DNA of 45,911 nucleotides from Clostridiales bacterium UBA3953. GTDB taxonomy: Bacteria; Bacillota; Clostridia; Oscillospirales; CAG-272. Positions 19,039 through 28,030 of this stretch are shown here, piece after piece (position 1 is the stretch's first letter; the number at the start of each line of letters is the position of its first letter). The notes under the pieces are model-generated. The model saw nothing but the letters and a program-made list of their open reading frames with translations. It searched no databases and had not been told where the DNA came from. A program made the position numbers and the translations under genes. The stretch spans positions 3,117 through 49,027 of the forward strand of contig DGDL01000088.1 in NCBI GenBank assembly GCA_002385415.1. The letters run 5' to 3'.

Positions 19039-20865
19039 TCATACGCTTTCTACAGTTTCAAGTTTTGTTTTCAGCGGCAATACAATCGTTACGGCGGTGC
19101 CGACGCCCTGGCGGCTCTTTACGCTGATTTTACCGCCATGCGCCTCTGTGATTTCTTTTGCTATCGACAGACCGAGTCCGGTGCCACCCGTCTCGGACGT
19201 GCGCGACTTTTCAACGCGGTAAAAGCGTTCGAAAAGCCTCGGCAAATCCTCTTCCGGTATGCCGATGCCGTTGTCGCGGATGACGATTTTTGCCGACTCG
19301 CCCTCGACGTCGGGGGTCCGAGCGGCTTCTTTGCTGACGAAAATGTCTATTTTGCCGCCCTCTGGCGTATATTTGATAGAGTTTGTGATAATGTTGATAA
19401 CCACCTGCTCTATCCGCTCTTTGTCGGCGGTTATCTCTATCGAACTGGATTTGCTGTAAAGTGTAATCGTCTGGTTTTTCTCCTGCGCCTGCACCTGCAG
19501 CATCTGGCAAATATGCCCGAGCGCGTCTGTCAGGTCGAACGTCGAAATCTTCCAGTGCGTGCGCTTGTTATCCAGCCTTGACAGCGTGAGCAGGTCGGTG
19601 ACAATGCGCAGCATGCGGTCGCAGTTGCCCACGATGTCGCCCAGATACTGCCTTTGCATTTCCTCCGGGATATCCTCATACTCAAGCAGCGTTTCTGCGG
19701 CGAACTGAATGGAGGTCAGCGGGGTGCGCAGCTCGTGTGACACGTTTGCCACAAACTCCCTGCGCGATTTGTCGAGCTCATAGCGCGAGGTGATGTCATG
19801 CAGCACCACGACCAGGCCGTCACGCTCGACATCCTCGTCCTGATAGCGCAATGTGCCGATATTGACGTCGAGCGCGCGGCTTGAGCCAAGCTGCACATCA
19901 CGCCAGATGTAGCTTTGGCCTTCTTCGTCGCTTGAGACATAGGCCTGCGTGAACTCGAAACTGAACAGGCTGAGCATGTACTCGAAATTGAATTTCTCTT
20001 TATCGTAGCTGTCGCCGAACATTTCGATGGCGCTGCGGTTGATATGGATAACCGAACCGTCCTCCGCAAAGGCTATAACTCCGTCTTTGAGATAGGCAAA
20101 TATAGTCTCGAGTTTGCGTCGCTCACCCTCCACCTCGGCAAGCGTGTTTTTGAGTATCGAGCCCATGCGGTTGAACGTGGCGGTGAGTATGCCTATCTCG
20201 TCTTTCGACTCGACCTCGATGCGCTCGGAAAAGCGCCCTTCGGATATGAGCTGTGCGCCGCGCGTGAGCTGCTGGATAGGCTGTGTGATGGCTTTTGCAA
20301 GGAAAAAGGACAGAAATACGGCTATGACCAGTCCGAACATGACCGACTGGATGATAATTGAAAAAAGCTGCCACGACAGCTCGCGCATTTCGTCCTGCGT
20401 GTCTTTTATATATATTATTGCAGAGCGCCCGTCCGCCTTAATCGGCACCGCATAGTCGGTGAATTCCGCACCGACGATCTGCTCTTTGCCGTCGGCGCCG
20501 GTCATGGCGGCAAGTATGTTGCCGGTAATGGGCACGCCGCCGTCCGGCACTTCCTGTGAGCCGGCAAGGCAGACGCCGGTCTCGTCCAGGATATAGAAGT
20601 TGCGGTATTTGTCGATACCGAGGCGGGAGGCGTATGCCGAGAGTATCTTTTTCTGCGATTCGGCAAAATCGTCGCTGGCAAGCTCGGCCGTCAACTCCTC
20701 GCGAAGCTGGCTGCCGGGCGAAAGATACTCGTCAAGCTGCGCCACAAACTCCCTGTTATAAAATATAAAGACGCTGTTTAACAGAACCGTACCGACCACA
20801 GCCATGACGGTTATCATGAATACCACAAATATTAAAATTATCTTGAAATACAGGCTGCGGTACAT
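19039..20865 (-). CDS. walK: WalK-like sensor histidine kinase (2 TM, HAMP, PAS, HisKA, HATPase)
   Basis: ERRKLETIFAYLKDGVIA (PAS), FVANVSHELRTPLTS, NSIKY, DNGIGIP, FERFYRV, GGTGLGL. Followed by yycH/yycI-like genes. Confidence 0.8.
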   Translation of the reverse strand: MYRSLYFKIILIFVVFMITVMAVVGTVLLNSVFIFYNREFVAQLDEYLSPGSQLREELTAELASDDFAESQKKILSAYASRLGIDKYRNFYILDETGVCLAGSQEVPDGGVPITGNILAAMTGADGKEQIVGAEFTDYAVPIKADGRSAIIYIKDTQDEMRELSWQLFSIIIQSVMFGLVIAVFLSFFLAKAITQPIQQLTRGAQLISEGRFSERIEVESKDEIGILTATFNRMGSILKNTLAEVEGERRKLETIFAYLKDGVIAFAEDGSVIHINRSAIEMFGDSYDKEKFNFEYMLSLFSFEFTQAYVSSDEEGQSYIWRDVQLGSSRALDVNIGTLRYQDEDVERDGLVVVLHDITSRYELDKSRREFVANVSHELRTPLTSIQFAAETLLEYEDIPEEMQRQYLGDIVGNCDRMLRIVTDLLTLSRLDNKRTHWKISTFDLTDALGHICQMLQVQAQEKNQTITLYSKSSSIEITADKERIEQVVINIITNSIKYTPEGGKIDIFVSKEAARTPDVEGESAKIVIRDNGIGIPEEDLPRLFERFYRVEKSRTSETGGTGLGLSIAKEITEAHGGKISVKSRQGVGTAVTIVLPLKTKLETVESV

Positions 20866-20971
20866 AACATTAACCCGAAAATCACCGTAGTGTTTTGTTT
20901 GTCTTTAAATTCCCATAGCCGGGCTTGCGCCCGGCTGAAATTTGCATGATTTGCGTCCGATGTCGGCACGG

Positions 20972-22162
20972 CTATTTTGACAGCAGCTTTTCAATGCGGC
21001 GCGACGCCTCGGCCGTGTCCTCGCGCGAGCCGAAAGCGGTGAGTCTGAAGTAGCCCTCTCCCTCGCTGCCGAAGCCCGCGCCGGGCGTGCCGACTACATT
21101 TGCCTTTTGCAGCAGAAGGTCGAAAAACTCCCACGAGCCCATGCCGTCGGGGCAACGCATCCATATATACGGCGAGTGCGCCCCGCCGGTGTAGTAGATA
21201 CCAAGCCTGTCGAGCGTGCCGGCGATTATGGCGGCGTTTTCGCGGTAGTAGGCGATGTTCTTTCTGCACTGCTCGAGCCCCTCGGGCGTGAAAACAGCCG
21301 CTGCCGCGCGCTGGACGATATATGAAACGCCGTTGAACTTTGTCGACTGGCGTCGCATCCAGAGTTTGTTGAGTTTTGCGCCGTCGCGCTCAAGCTCCTC
21401 CGGTATAATCGTGTAGCCGCAGCGCGTACCGGTGAAGCCCGCGGTTTTGGACAGCGAGCCAAGCTCTATTGCGCACTCGCGCGCGCCTTCTATCTCAAAA
21501 ATGCTGCGCGGCAAATGCGGGTCCGAAATAAATGCCTCGTAAGCGGCGTCGAAGATTATCACCGCGCCTATTCGGTTTGCATAATCGACCCACTCCCGAA
21601 GTCCCTCGCGCGTCATGGTTGCGCCGGTGGGGTTGTTCGGCGAGCAGAGGTAAATGATGTCGGGGTCGCCTCCGTCGATGTCGCCCGGAGTGGGCAGGAA
21701 ATTGTTGTCCTTGTTGCCTCGCGCGTATATTATGCGCCTGCCGCCCATGATATTGGCGTCGACATAGACGGGATAAACGGGGTCGGGCACAAGCACGGTG
21801 TTGTCGGCTGAGAAGAGGTCGGGCAGGTCGCCCGCGTCGCTTTTTGCGCCGTCGGAAACGAATATATCGCCGTAGTTCAGCTTCACGCCGAAGGAGGCAT
21901 AGTAGCCGCGGATTGCCTCTATAAGGAAGTCCCAGCCCTCATAAGGCGGGTAACCGCGGAAGGTTTCGGCGCGCCCCATCTCGTCGGCGGCGAGTTTCGC
22001 GGCCTCGACGACAGCCGGCGCAAGCGGCAATGTGACGTCGCCTATGCCGAGCCGAATGACATCGGCCTCGGGATGCTCCTCCTTATATTTTTTCACGCGG
22101 TTTGAGATTTCCGCGAAAAGGTAGCTTGGTGTCATTTTAGCGAAATTCTCGTTAATCTTCAT
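20972..22162 (-). CDS. dapL: LL-diaminopimelate aminotransferase
   Basis: SYLF, LGIGDVT, GY.PYEG, FVSDGAKSD, DPVYPVY, PNNPTG, SLSKTAGFTGTRCG, TPGAGFG. Confidence 0.95.
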   Translation of the reverse strand: MKINENFAKMTPSYLFAEISNRVKKYKEEHPEADVIRLGIGDVTLPLAPAVVEAAKLAADEMGRAETFRGYPPYEGWDFLIEAIRGYYASFGVKLNYGDIFVSDGAKSDAGDLPDLFSADNTVLVPDPVYPVYVDANIMGGRRIIYARGNKDNNFLPTPGDIDGGDPDIIYLCSPNNPTGATMTREGLREWVDYANRIGAVIIFDAAYEAFISDPHLPRSIFEIEGARECAIELGSLSKTAGFTGTRCGYTIIPEELERDGAKLNKLWMRRQSTKFNGVSYIVQRAAAAVFTPEGLEQCRKNIAYYRENAAIIAGTLDRLGIYYTGGAHSPYIWMRCPDGMGSWEFFDLLLQKANVVGTPGAGFGSEGEGYFRLTAFGSREDTAEASRRIEKLLSK

Positions 22163-22249
22163 AGTCTGACTGTTCCCTTTTCCGGTTATTTGATGTTATT
22201 TATGTAAAATGCGGGCAGCCGGCTGGACCGGCCGCGCCGCGCAGAGTTT

Positions 22250-22984
22250 TTACAGGCCCTGCTGCTCGTAGCGCTTGTAGAGCTTGTTGTTGAATTCGAC
22301 GTTCGGCGGATAGTTTACGCTTTTCAGTATGGAGGGCGTCTTGCCGCGCGCGATGAGCAGCTCTGTCGCGCGGACTATTGCCGACCACATTATGCATGCC
22401 GCCGAAATGCCGGATGCGGGCGCGAGCTTGGCTTCAAGCCCCTCGACCTCCAGCATCCCGTCCCCGAACGGAGCACAGTTGTCAAGGTTGACGTCGCCCA
22501 GCTCGAACAGCCGCTTGCCGCACGAGTGCTGCGACTCAAGCTGTGACGAGTATTCGTGCGAGGAGACGGTTATGACTTTGCAGCCGAATTTTTTGGCCTC
22601 GACCGCAAGGTCGACAACGTTTGTCGATTTGCCGGAGACCGAGCCGATTATAAACACGTCGCCGGGCAGCACCGACGAGCAGCGCAGCGCCCAGCCGGCG
22701 AGACCCTCCTGTGAGGTATTGATGCCGCTTCTGTCGCGCGGGCGGGCATGGCTTTCAACAGACAGGCCGTAGTTGAATTTGCGGATGAACACCGGACCGC
22801 CGGCGCGGTTTATAAGTTCCGAGTTTATAATGTGGCCGGTGTCGTAAACGTATACGCAGCCGCCGGCCGCGACGGTGTCGGCGATGAGATTTGCCGCGGA
22901 TTCAATGTTGTCGGCTTGGGTTTCGCGGATTTTTTTCAGCAGTGCGTCGATTGCACCGTAGTAGGATTGAAGGAGATTTGACAT
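22250..22984 (-). CDS. SIS-domain (sugar isomerase) protein
   Basis: DTGH...E...RAGG, SVSG, S.H..GKRLFE..D..LDN..P.GD. Confidence 0.85.
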   Translation of the reverse strand: MSNLLQSYYGAIDALLKKIRETQADNIESAANLIADTVAAGGCVYVYDTGHIINSELINRAGGPVFIRKFNYGLSVESHARPRDRSGINTSQEGLAGWALRCSSVLPGDVFIIGSVSGKSTNVVDLAVEAKKFGCKVITVSSHEYSSQLESQHSCGKRLFELGDVNLDNCAPFGDGMLEVEGLEAKLAPASGISAACIMWSAIVRATELLIARGKTPSILKSVNYPPNVEFNNKLYKRYEQQGL

Positions 22985-23157
22985 GGTGAGGGCTCCTTTT
23001 TTGTTTCATTTAAAAATTTATGGTCAATCACTTTTATAATTGGTGTAAACGCAGCTATAATTTCCCGGAGTAAAACACACTCGAAAAAAGTTTTGCAGGT
23101 TTGGGATGGTGATTGTAGCTAATAAGGAGTTGGCAACTATAATATTATATTAATATA

Positions 23158-23898
23158 TTAAAGATACAGTATCTTATCCTTCCATATATCCATTACCCGC
23201 GCGTTATACTCGTCCCCGCCATCGACGTTTGCTGACATAAACACCGGCGGCTCGATGCCGCGCGCGATAAACTCGGCAGCAGCCTCCGCGCAAATCGCGT
23301 TTATAATCGCCGCACCGGTCACGGTCGAGGTGGGCGAGACGCGACCTGCAAAGCCCTCTATCTCAAGCTCGGCGTCGCCTATGCACCCGTGATTGTCGAT
23401 AACGAGGTCGCAGACCTCAAACAGGCGCTTGCCCGACGGGTGGCGTGAAGTCTCTGCAGACGAGTAGGTCAGGCTGGTTATCGCCACCGTATACACGCCC
23501 GCCTCGCGCGCGTCGAGCGCAAGCTGTACTGGTACGCCGTTTCTGCCCGACACCGACGAAACTATCAGCAAATCACCGCTTTTCATGCCCGAGTGTTTGA
23601 AAACTATCGAGCCGTAGCGCTCGTCGCGCTCGAGCGCCGAGGTCGCGGTGATGGGCCGCACGTCGCAAGTCAGCCCCGGCGGCAAAATCGGGTTCATAAT
23701 CGCAAGCCCGCCGGTGCGGTAAAAGGCCTCCTGCGCAAGTATCCCCGCATGCGTGCAGCCGAACACAAAACAGCGGCCGCCGCTAAGGGTCGTGTCGACA
23801 ACGAGCTTTGCAACCTGCGCGATTTTTTCGCTTTCGGCGTCGCGCAGCTCGCCGAGCAGCTCGATAAGCCTGTTTATATAGCGCTTTGCAGTATCCAT
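23158..23898 (-). CDS. SIS-domain (sugar isomerase) protein, paralog
   Basis: FGCTH...E.FYRTGG, SVSGRN, SRHPSGKRLFE..D.VIDN, PPVFMSANVDGGD. Confidence 0.88.
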   Translation of the reverse strand: MDTAKRYINRLIELLGELRDAESEKIAQVAKLVVDTTLSGGRCFVFGCTHAGILAQEAFYRTGGLAIMNPILPPGLTCDVRPITATSALERDERYGSIVFKHSGMKSGDLLIVSSVSGRNGVPVQLALDAREAGVYTVAITSLTYSSAETSRHPSGKRLFEVCDLVIDNHGCIGDAELEIEGFAGRVSPTSTVTGAAIINAICAEAAAEFIARGIEPPVFMSANVDGGDEYNARVMDIWKDKILYL

Positions 23899-23949
23899 GA
23901 AGCTCCCCCACTGGACATTTTTCGGAAAATCGCATAAATGTTTGAATTA

Positions 23950-23978
23950 ATTATACGTTAACGCCGGTAGCCTGTCAA
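23950..23978 (-). promoter_or_regulatory. consensus sigma-A promoter for the SIS gene(s)
   Basis: TTGACA-17nt-TATAAT on the minus strand. Confidence 0.85.
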
Positions 23979-24017
23979 GCCAAACAACATTTTTATTACT
24001 TTTGATTGTATCCGTCA

Positions 24018-24046
24018 TTGCGCACGCCTCCGGGCTGTGCTATAAT
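24018..24046 (+). promoter_or_regulatory. sigma-A promoter, divergent
   Basis: TTGCGC-17nt-TATAAT with TG extension. Confidence 0.7.
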
Positions 24047-24094
24047 TGCTTTGGAAAACAATTATATTAATTGATGAAAGGTCGGTAGCGCAAG

Positions 24095-24769
24095 ATGAAA
24101 TACCAGATTCTCGGCGATAACCTTCCGGTCGTCGTATGCGAGCTTGAGGCCGGCGAGTCGCTTATTTCCGAGCGCGGTTCGATGAGCTGGATGACGCCCA
24201 ATATGGTGATGGAGACCACCTCCGGCGGGCTGGGCAAGGCGCTCGGCAGAATGTTTTCGGGCGAGGCGCTCTTTTTAAACCACTATACGGCACAGGGCGG
24301 CCCGGGCATGATAGCTTTTGCCTCGAGCTTCCCCGGCTCGATACGCGCGCTCGAAATCGGACCCGGACGCGAGATAATAGCCCAAAAATCAGCGTTTCTC
24401 GCCGCCGAGCCGGGCGTTACTTTTTCGGTGTACCTGCAGCGCAAGGTTGCCGCCGGCTTTTTCGGCGGCGAAGGGTTTATAATGCAAAAACTCTCCGGCC
24501 AGGGTATCGCTTTCATCGAGATAGACGGCTCGGCAATCGAGTATGAGCTGGCGGCCGGCGAGTCGCTGATTGTCGACACCGGCTATCTTGCCGCGATGGA
24601 TGCCACCTGTCAGATGGACATTCAGGCCATAAGCGGGATAACGAACGCGCTGTTCGGCGGCGAGGGCCTGTTCAACACGCGCATTACCGGCCCGGGGCGT
24701 GTGATTTTGCAAACCATGCCCATCCCGAGCGTCGCGGGCATAATAGCGCGCCACATGGGCAAATCCTAA
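24095..24769 (+). CDS. TIGR00266/AIM24 family protein
   Basis: MKYQILG..LP...CEL..GE...E.GSMSW, GFFGGEGFIMQ, LFGGEGLF..GPG.V.LQTMP. Confidence 0.9.
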   Translation: MKYQILGDNLPVVVCELEAGESLISERGSMSWMTPNMVMETTSGGLGKALGRMFSGEALFLNHYTAQGGPGMIAFASSFPGSIRALEIGPGREIIAQKSAFLAAEPGVTFSVYLQRKVAAGFFGGEGFIMQKLSGQGIAFIEIDGSAIEYELAAGESLIVDTGYLAAMDATCQMDIQAISGITNALFGGEGLFNTRITGPGRVILQTMPIPSVAGIIARHMGKS

Positions 24770-24842
24770 CAGCCCGGCAAAACACCCCTTTTGGCAGTCG
24801 GAAAAATTACTGCATAAAATCGCCCCGGCAAGACCGCCGGGG

Positions 24843-24871
24843 TTGACTTTTGTCGGCGCGAAAGGTATAAT
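24843..24871 (+). promoter_or_regulatory. sigma-A promoter of the structured RNA
   Basis: TTGACT-17nt-TATAAT. Confidence 0.8.
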
Positions 24872-24877
24872 GTTTTT

Positions 24878-25094
24878 AAGTTTTATAAAATTTGCGCCTG
24901 CAAGCGGGCCTGAAGCGGAGTTTGCCGGCAAACTCCGCGGCCGCACACATACATACGGTTTGACATAAGTGTGAAAAACAGTCCCTGTCGTGGGACAGAC
25001 CCGTTTTAGATAAAGATAATACTCCGAAATTGACGGGCGGCAGCATGTCGCCCGCTGGGTGGGCGTCGGGAGAACCTGTCTCCCGACGCTTTTT
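24878..25094 (+). ncRNA. candidate structured ncRNA or attenuator leader, family unassigned
   Basis: Bounded by a promoter and an intrinsic terminator. Several hairpins, including a perfect 24-nt palindrome at 24915-24938. No credible ORF. Confidence 0.55.
25063..25094 (+). terminator. intrinsic terminator
   Basis: GCGTCGGGAGA-ACCTG-TCTCCCGACGC followed by TTTTT. Confidence 0.85.
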
Positions 25095-25281
25095 CAGCCA
25101 GACTAAATCTGCCTGTTTTTCGGAAAGACACGCTTTCGCAATTTTCGGAACGACGGCGCTTTATATTTTATACGATTTTTCGGGCAATGCCTGATTGATA
25201 TAGCCGGTTTTCGTGACCGGCGGCTTTACAAAAATTTTTCGGAAAGGTGTCCACGCTATTTATGGCGGGCCGGGTGCTGTT

Positions 25282-26793
25282 ATGGCAACAAAAAGATACG
25301 AGTTTCCGCGAGTGCCGGCGGCAGAGGTCGGCATAGCGCCGCACGCCGTTCTGGATTTGCTGCGCGACTGGCAGGAAAAAGGGCTTGAGCTTCACTCTTT
25401 TATGCTTCTTCGCCAAGGAAAAGTTGCCGCAGAGGGATACTGGCATCCCTATCGCGCCGGCGACGTGCACATGCTCAACTCGTTGAGCAAGAGTTTCACC
25501 TCGACGGCGATCCTTTTCGCCATCCAGGAGGGTATACTGTCGCCCGACGACGCAGTCGTTTCGTTTTTCCCCGAGCGTGCCGCAAATCTCAAAATATCGG
25601 AGAAGATGCGCCGGCTGACGCTGCGGCATCTTCTATCGATGTGCACCGGTCACGAGCCGTCGGCCGATTTTATTTTTGCGGAACATGACTGCGTCTCGGC
25701 TTTCCTTGAAAGCGAGATTCAGGGCGAGCCTGGCGGCCGGTTTTCGTACAATACCGGCGCGACATTTATGCTGTCGGCAGCGCTTCAGGCGAAAACGGGG
25801 CAGAACCTTGTCGATTTTCTGCGCCCGCGACTTTTCGAGCCGCTTGGCATGAGCGAGGATATTTGGTCGGATATGACGCCGGACGGGATTTGCTACGGCG
25901 GATTTGGGCTCAACGTCACCACCGACGACATCGCGCGGCTCGGGATGCTGTATCTGAACCGCGGTGAATTTGCCGGCAAGCGCATACTTGCGCCCGAGCT
26001 TATTGACGAGGCAACACGCCGCCATATTTCAAATCGCGCCGACGCCGAATATCCCACTCTCGACCACCCTGTGCTCGCCGATGACAGTGTGGACATCGAC
26101 CCAACGAGCGACTGGGGCATGGGCTATGGCTGGCAGTTTTGGCGCTGCATACCTGAGGGCATCTATCGCGGCGACGGCGCTTTCGGCCAGTTTTGCATTG
26201 TTATGCCGCGTCAGGACGCGGTGCTCGCGATAACCGCCGGCACCGATGACATGCAGGGCATTTTGCACTCGGTGTGGGACAGGCTGTTGCCCGGTATAGG
26301 CGGCACCCCATCGGACGAGGGACAAGCCGAACTTGATGTCGTGCTCTCCGGGCTGTCGCTGCCGCCGGCGGAGGGCTCGTGCCGGCTGCCCGCAGCTGCC
26401 GATATAGACGGCGCGCAGTATAATTTCGAGTTTCGCGGCACACCCTTTACCGCAAGATTCAAATTTGACGGGGATGTGCTTTGCATTGCCACCGAGGTTG
26501 CCGGCAGGACATACGAGGTTATGGCCGGCTATGGCAGGCACATACATAACAATCTTGGCTTTACACTCGATGAGAGAACATACAAACCGCCGTTTAGGTT
26601 TATGATCGCGCCGGATTTTGCCGCCTCGTGGGCATGGAACAAAACCGGTGCGCTGGTCGTCAAATTTATATTGACCAAATACGCGTACACCGAAACGGCA
26701 GTGATTAAATTCGACGGAAACAAAGCATCGGCAAGCTTCAAAATGAACCTTGCAGTCGAGCCGCCGATGCCGATTGAGGGTACACGCGCATGA
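25282..26793 (+). CDS. serine hydrolase, beta-lactamase/AmpC-like fold, cytoplasmic
   Basis: SLSK (SxxK), LL.M.TG, FSYNT, PLG, YGWQFW, RGDGAFGQ. No signal peptide. Start could be 25213. Confidence 0.85.
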   Translation: MATKRYEFPRVPAAEVGIAPHAVLDLLRDWQEKGLELHSFMLLRQGKVAAEGYWHPYRAGDVHMLNSLSKSFTSTAILFAIQEGILSPDDAVVSFFPERAANLKISEKMRRLTLRHLLSMCTGHEPSADFIFAEHDCVSAFLESEIQGEPGGRFSYNTGATFMLSAALQAKTGQNLVDFLRPRLFEPLGMSEDIWSDMTPDGICYGGFGLNVTTDDIARLGMLYLNRGEFAGKRILAPELIDEATRRHISNRADAEYPTLDHPVLADDSVDIDPTSDWGMGYGWQFWRCIPEGIYRGDGAFGQFCIVMPRQDAVLAITAGTDDMQGILHSVWDRLLPGIGGTPSDEGQAELDVVLSGLSLPPAEGSCRLPAAADIDGAQYNFEFRGTPFTARFKFDGDVLCIATEVAGRTYEVMAGYGRHIHNNLGFTLDERTYKPPFRFMIAPDFAASWAWNKTGALVVKFILTKYAYTETAVIKFDGNKASASFKMNLAVEPPMPIEGTRA

Positions 26794-28010
26794 GCAAAAA
26801 GATTAAACTGCTGTTTTTGGGCATCACCATGAACTGCGCGGGGACTGAAAAGGCGTTTTTAAGCCTGGTGCGCAACCTTGACTACAGCCGATTTGACGTT
26901 ACGCTGCTGCTCGCCGAGGCGGGCGGGCCGCTTTATGACCAGATTCCGAAAGAGATAAAGGTCATTGAGATGCCCGAATACGGCGAGATGTTCACGCTGA
27001 CCGGCGCGACGGCAAAGCGCGCTATCTGGAATTGCTATGTCAGGCGCAACCCGTTTGTACTTTTTGAGATTTTCCCCTATGCGGTGAAAAGTTTGCTGTC
27101 AAAAAAGAAACGGTCATTTACAGCCATGCGACTGTGGGTTCGCCTGATGAAAAAAATGCCGCCGGTGCCGGGCGAGTACGACGTTGCCGCGGCGTTTTGG
27201 GGCGACAAAACGATGTTTTATATGGTTGACAAGGTGCGGGCGCGCAAAAAAATAACGTGGCTGCACTTTGACTATTCGAACCCGCCGCGCGACGACAAAC
27301 TCTATCTTCCCTATTTTGAGAAGTGCGACAAAATTATAAACGTTTCAAAAGCGGTCGACGATGCACTCAAAGCCCGGCTGCCGCAAATCTCGAGCCGCTG
27401 CGAGGTGCTCGAAAACATCATTGACCCGAATCTGATTTGGGAACTTGCGCTGCGCGGAGAGTCGTTCCCCGACACTTGGTTCAAAGGCAAGCGCATATTG
27501 ACAATTGCGCGGATTTGCGAGCAGAAGGGCGTCGATTTCATCCCGCCCGTGCTTAAGCGGCTGACCGCCGACGGGCTGCCGCTGCGCTGGTATATCGTGG
27601 GCGGCGGCGACGAGGATGAGATAAACCGCCTCAAGGTACAGGCGGTGACACATGAGGTTGCCGACAAGCTGTTTTTGCTTGGCACCAAAACCAACCCGTA
27701 TCCGTATCTGCGCGACTGCGACATTTTCGTGCTTCCTTCGCGTTATGAAGGCAAGCCAATCACCGTCGAGGAAGCAAAAATCATGTATAAGCCCATACTC
27801 GTGTCGCGCTATCTTTCGGCCGAAGAACAGCTTGACGGAGGTCGCCTCGGCCACATAACCGACATCGGCGAAGAGGGCCTTTTCCGCGGTCTGAAAAAAC
27901 TGCTTGGCGACCCGGAGCTGTGCGATATTTACGCCGAGCGTCTGTCGAAGCTGCCGCGCGGTGTCAATATGAACTCGGTCAAGCGATTTGAAGAAATCTG
28001 CGCGGAGTGA
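26790..28010 (+). CDS. glycosyltransferase, GT4/GT-B fold
   Basis: GTEKA, WLH.DY, R...QKG, NPYPY....DIFVLPSRYEG....EA. ATGA overlap with the hydrolase. Confidence 0.9.
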   Translation: MSKKIKLLFLGITMNCAGTEKAFLSLVRNLDYSRFDVTLLLAEAGGPLYDQIPKEIKVIEMPEYGEMFTLTGATAKRAIWNCYVRRNPFVLFEIFPYAVKSLLSKKKRSFTAMRLWVRLMKKMPPVPGEYDVAAAFWGDKTMFYMVDKVRARKKITWLHFDYSNPPRDDKLYLPYFEKCDKIINVSKAVDDALKARLPQISSRCEVLENIIDPNLIWELALRGESFPDTWFKGKRILTIARICEQKGVDFIPPVLKRLTADGLPLRWYIVGGGDEDEINRLKVQAVTHEVADKLFLLGTKTNPYPYLRDCDIFVLPSRYEGKPITVEEAKIMYKPILVSRYLSAEEQLDGGRLGHITDIGEEGLFRGLKKLLGDPELCDIYAERLSKLPRGVNMNSVKRFEEICAE

Positions 28011-28030
28011 CTTATAAGCGGAGGGATTTG

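Noticed and set aside
24971-25009. 12-codon ORF (GTG start, MKNSPCRGTDPF) inside the structured RNA
   Set aside because: No Shine-Dalgarno sequence and no informative codon run.
25030-25066. Resemblance of GTCGCCCGCTGGG to the ZTP riboswitch 3' hairpin
   Set aside because: The 5' GACTGGCG-type element is absent and the downstream genes are not purine or folate genes.
25282-26793. Beta-lactamase resistance gene
   Set aside because: No signal peptide and YNT/RGDG variants. It fits the broad serine hydrolase family, and activity cannot be inferred.
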